From Amphiscolops sp. MND2022 (lineage: Eukaryota), in NCBI GenBank assembly GCA_964187785.1, contig OZ076409.1, positions 5,520,001 to 5,584,000 on the forward strand: 64,000 bases of DNA. Reading direction: 5' to 3'. Below the pieces are notes generated by a model. The model was not told the origin of the DNA, ran no database searches, and saw nothing but the letters and a program-made list of their open reading frames with translations. The translations under genes were made by a program, and so were the position numbers. This document shows positions 62,600-64,000 of this stretch, in pieces; the stretch's first letter is position 1, and the number at the start of each line of letters is the position of its first letter.

Positions 62600-64000
62600 A
62601 CTTGTCAATAAACATAGTGAATGAACATAGTGCATCGACACTAATCGCCAAGCTGGAAATGAAAGATGCGAACTACAACTCAGCATTTGGGATCTTTAAG
62701 GACAGATACGGTGACAAATTTTGCATTTTCGAAACACACTACAGAAACTACCTAACTTGGAACCCAAGACAGAAGGTTACACTCACTTGAAGCAGTTTTT
62801 TGACAACTTGGAGCTACACATACGTGGACTCGAACCGAACACAATACAAAAACAAGAACTTGGAGATCTTCTCATTCTACTTTTGTTGGAACAACTATCC
62901 GGAGATATGAGAAGATGTTTTGCCAGAGGTCACAGAAAGACGACATGAACACTCGATCACTTCGTTACAGCCCTCAAACGAGAACTACAAGTTATGGAAC
63001 AAGACAAAACCAAAAAAGTAAACTCAACAAAAAATTGCAATCCCGTTCGATAGCAGCCTTTTGCACCGACCAAACACAAAGTTCAAAGACACAGTGCCGA
63101 GCTGCATACGGAACGAAAGACTACACAGCACAGAAGACACCAGCAGCGGAGTGTTTTTTCTGTGGATCATCACATAGCATTCAGCGACTGACTAAACGAC
63201 ACCAACAGTAATTATCGCCTCGAAATACCTAAAAAGGAAAAGGACTATGTTTCAATTGATTGGAAAAAATACCAAAATGGATTGACTTTTGCAGCTCAAT
63301 GCAAAAGAGGAACCTGCCGGAAGTGCAGCGGAAAGCACCTTACAGCACCTCACAAGGAACACATCGGGGAATAGAAAAAAGACGTCAGAGCAAAGACCAG
63401 ATAAATACAATCAAAGTTCACTTACGCTAATCAGAGTTGACCCTGAAGACATTTTTGGAAACTATAGCAAGTGGAAACAGAACGATGAAAGCAGCAGTTT
63501 TACTGGACAACGGAAGCTCCGACACTTTTTGCACTATAAACTTAGCATAGAGAGTCCAGCTACCTGCAACTCCACATCAACTAAGCCTTTCACACTCTGG
63601 ATTTGAGTATAAAACATATGTTGCAACATTAGCCCCACCTCGTTGAATACAAAAGAAGAACATGCTCACCTGAAAGCAATTGTTGTACCCAAAATCTGTA
63701 CACAGAAAGTTCGACAGCTCTACCGATACAGAAAAGAAAAACAAGGAAACGTACTGTGGAACCAGTCAACAAAGGAAGAGCGATCGACCTCCTCATTGCA
63801 TCAGACTTTCATTACTCAATAGTAAAAGATGGACTCATCCGACCAAACAATGAAACTGTCGCAGTGGAAACCAAAATTGGATATCTTGTATGTTGTGGCA
63901 AACACAATGCTTCACAGATTGATACCTACTACACAACAGCACAAACAGCTCGCATTGTTATAGACAAAGAACATATCAAAGAACCACAGCAGCTCTTCGA
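62600..64000 (+). pseudogene. Second BEL/Pao element, gag-protease fragment (runs off the window edge)
   Basis: NYNSAFGIFKDRYGD, LKQFFDNLELHIRGL, CFFCGSSH, GLCFN, VLLDNGSSDTF, IDLLIASDF, AVETKIGY. Confidence 0.8.

Overview
Repeat-dense eukaryotic DNA, most likely from an invertebrate animal (inferred from spliceosomal exons and the transposon families present). It consists almost entirely of decayed mobile elements lying in and around the introns of a minus-strand kelch-repeat gene. Left to right: (i) a relic protein-primed PolB N-terminus (~1.5-2.5 kb); (ii) a ~5-kb tandem duplication with an unidentified decayed ORF (2962-12805); (iii) a composite Polinton/Maverick (adintovirus-like) virus, 13652-37059, with AGTAGT termini and a 6-bp TSD. 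It comprises a full element (protease, minor and major capsid, packaging ATPase, integrase, pPolB), a 5.2-kb internal tandem duplication, and the inverted left arm of a second copy; (iv) kelch exons at 58947-59589 and 37562-37753 that splice in frame across a 21-kb intron; (v) in that intron, an old env-carrying Ty3/gypsy element into which a full-length BEL/Pao element (49409-57690) and a 4.4-kb Ty3/gypsy-type element (39315-43760) inserted; (vi) a CACTA-like MITE (60064-60885) and a second BEL/Pao fragment at the right edge. The most unusual item is the 4.4-kb element. It has gag-PR-RT-RH-IN and a tRNA-Trp primer-binding site, but it is bounded by terminal INVERTED repeats with a 5-bp TSD, has no LTRs or polypurine tract, and its integrase ends in an ING-type PHD finger, i.e. 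a Gypsy/Ginger-like hybrid. All element ORFs are broken by stops or frameshifts. Protein calls come from motif recognition by eye, not from database searches.
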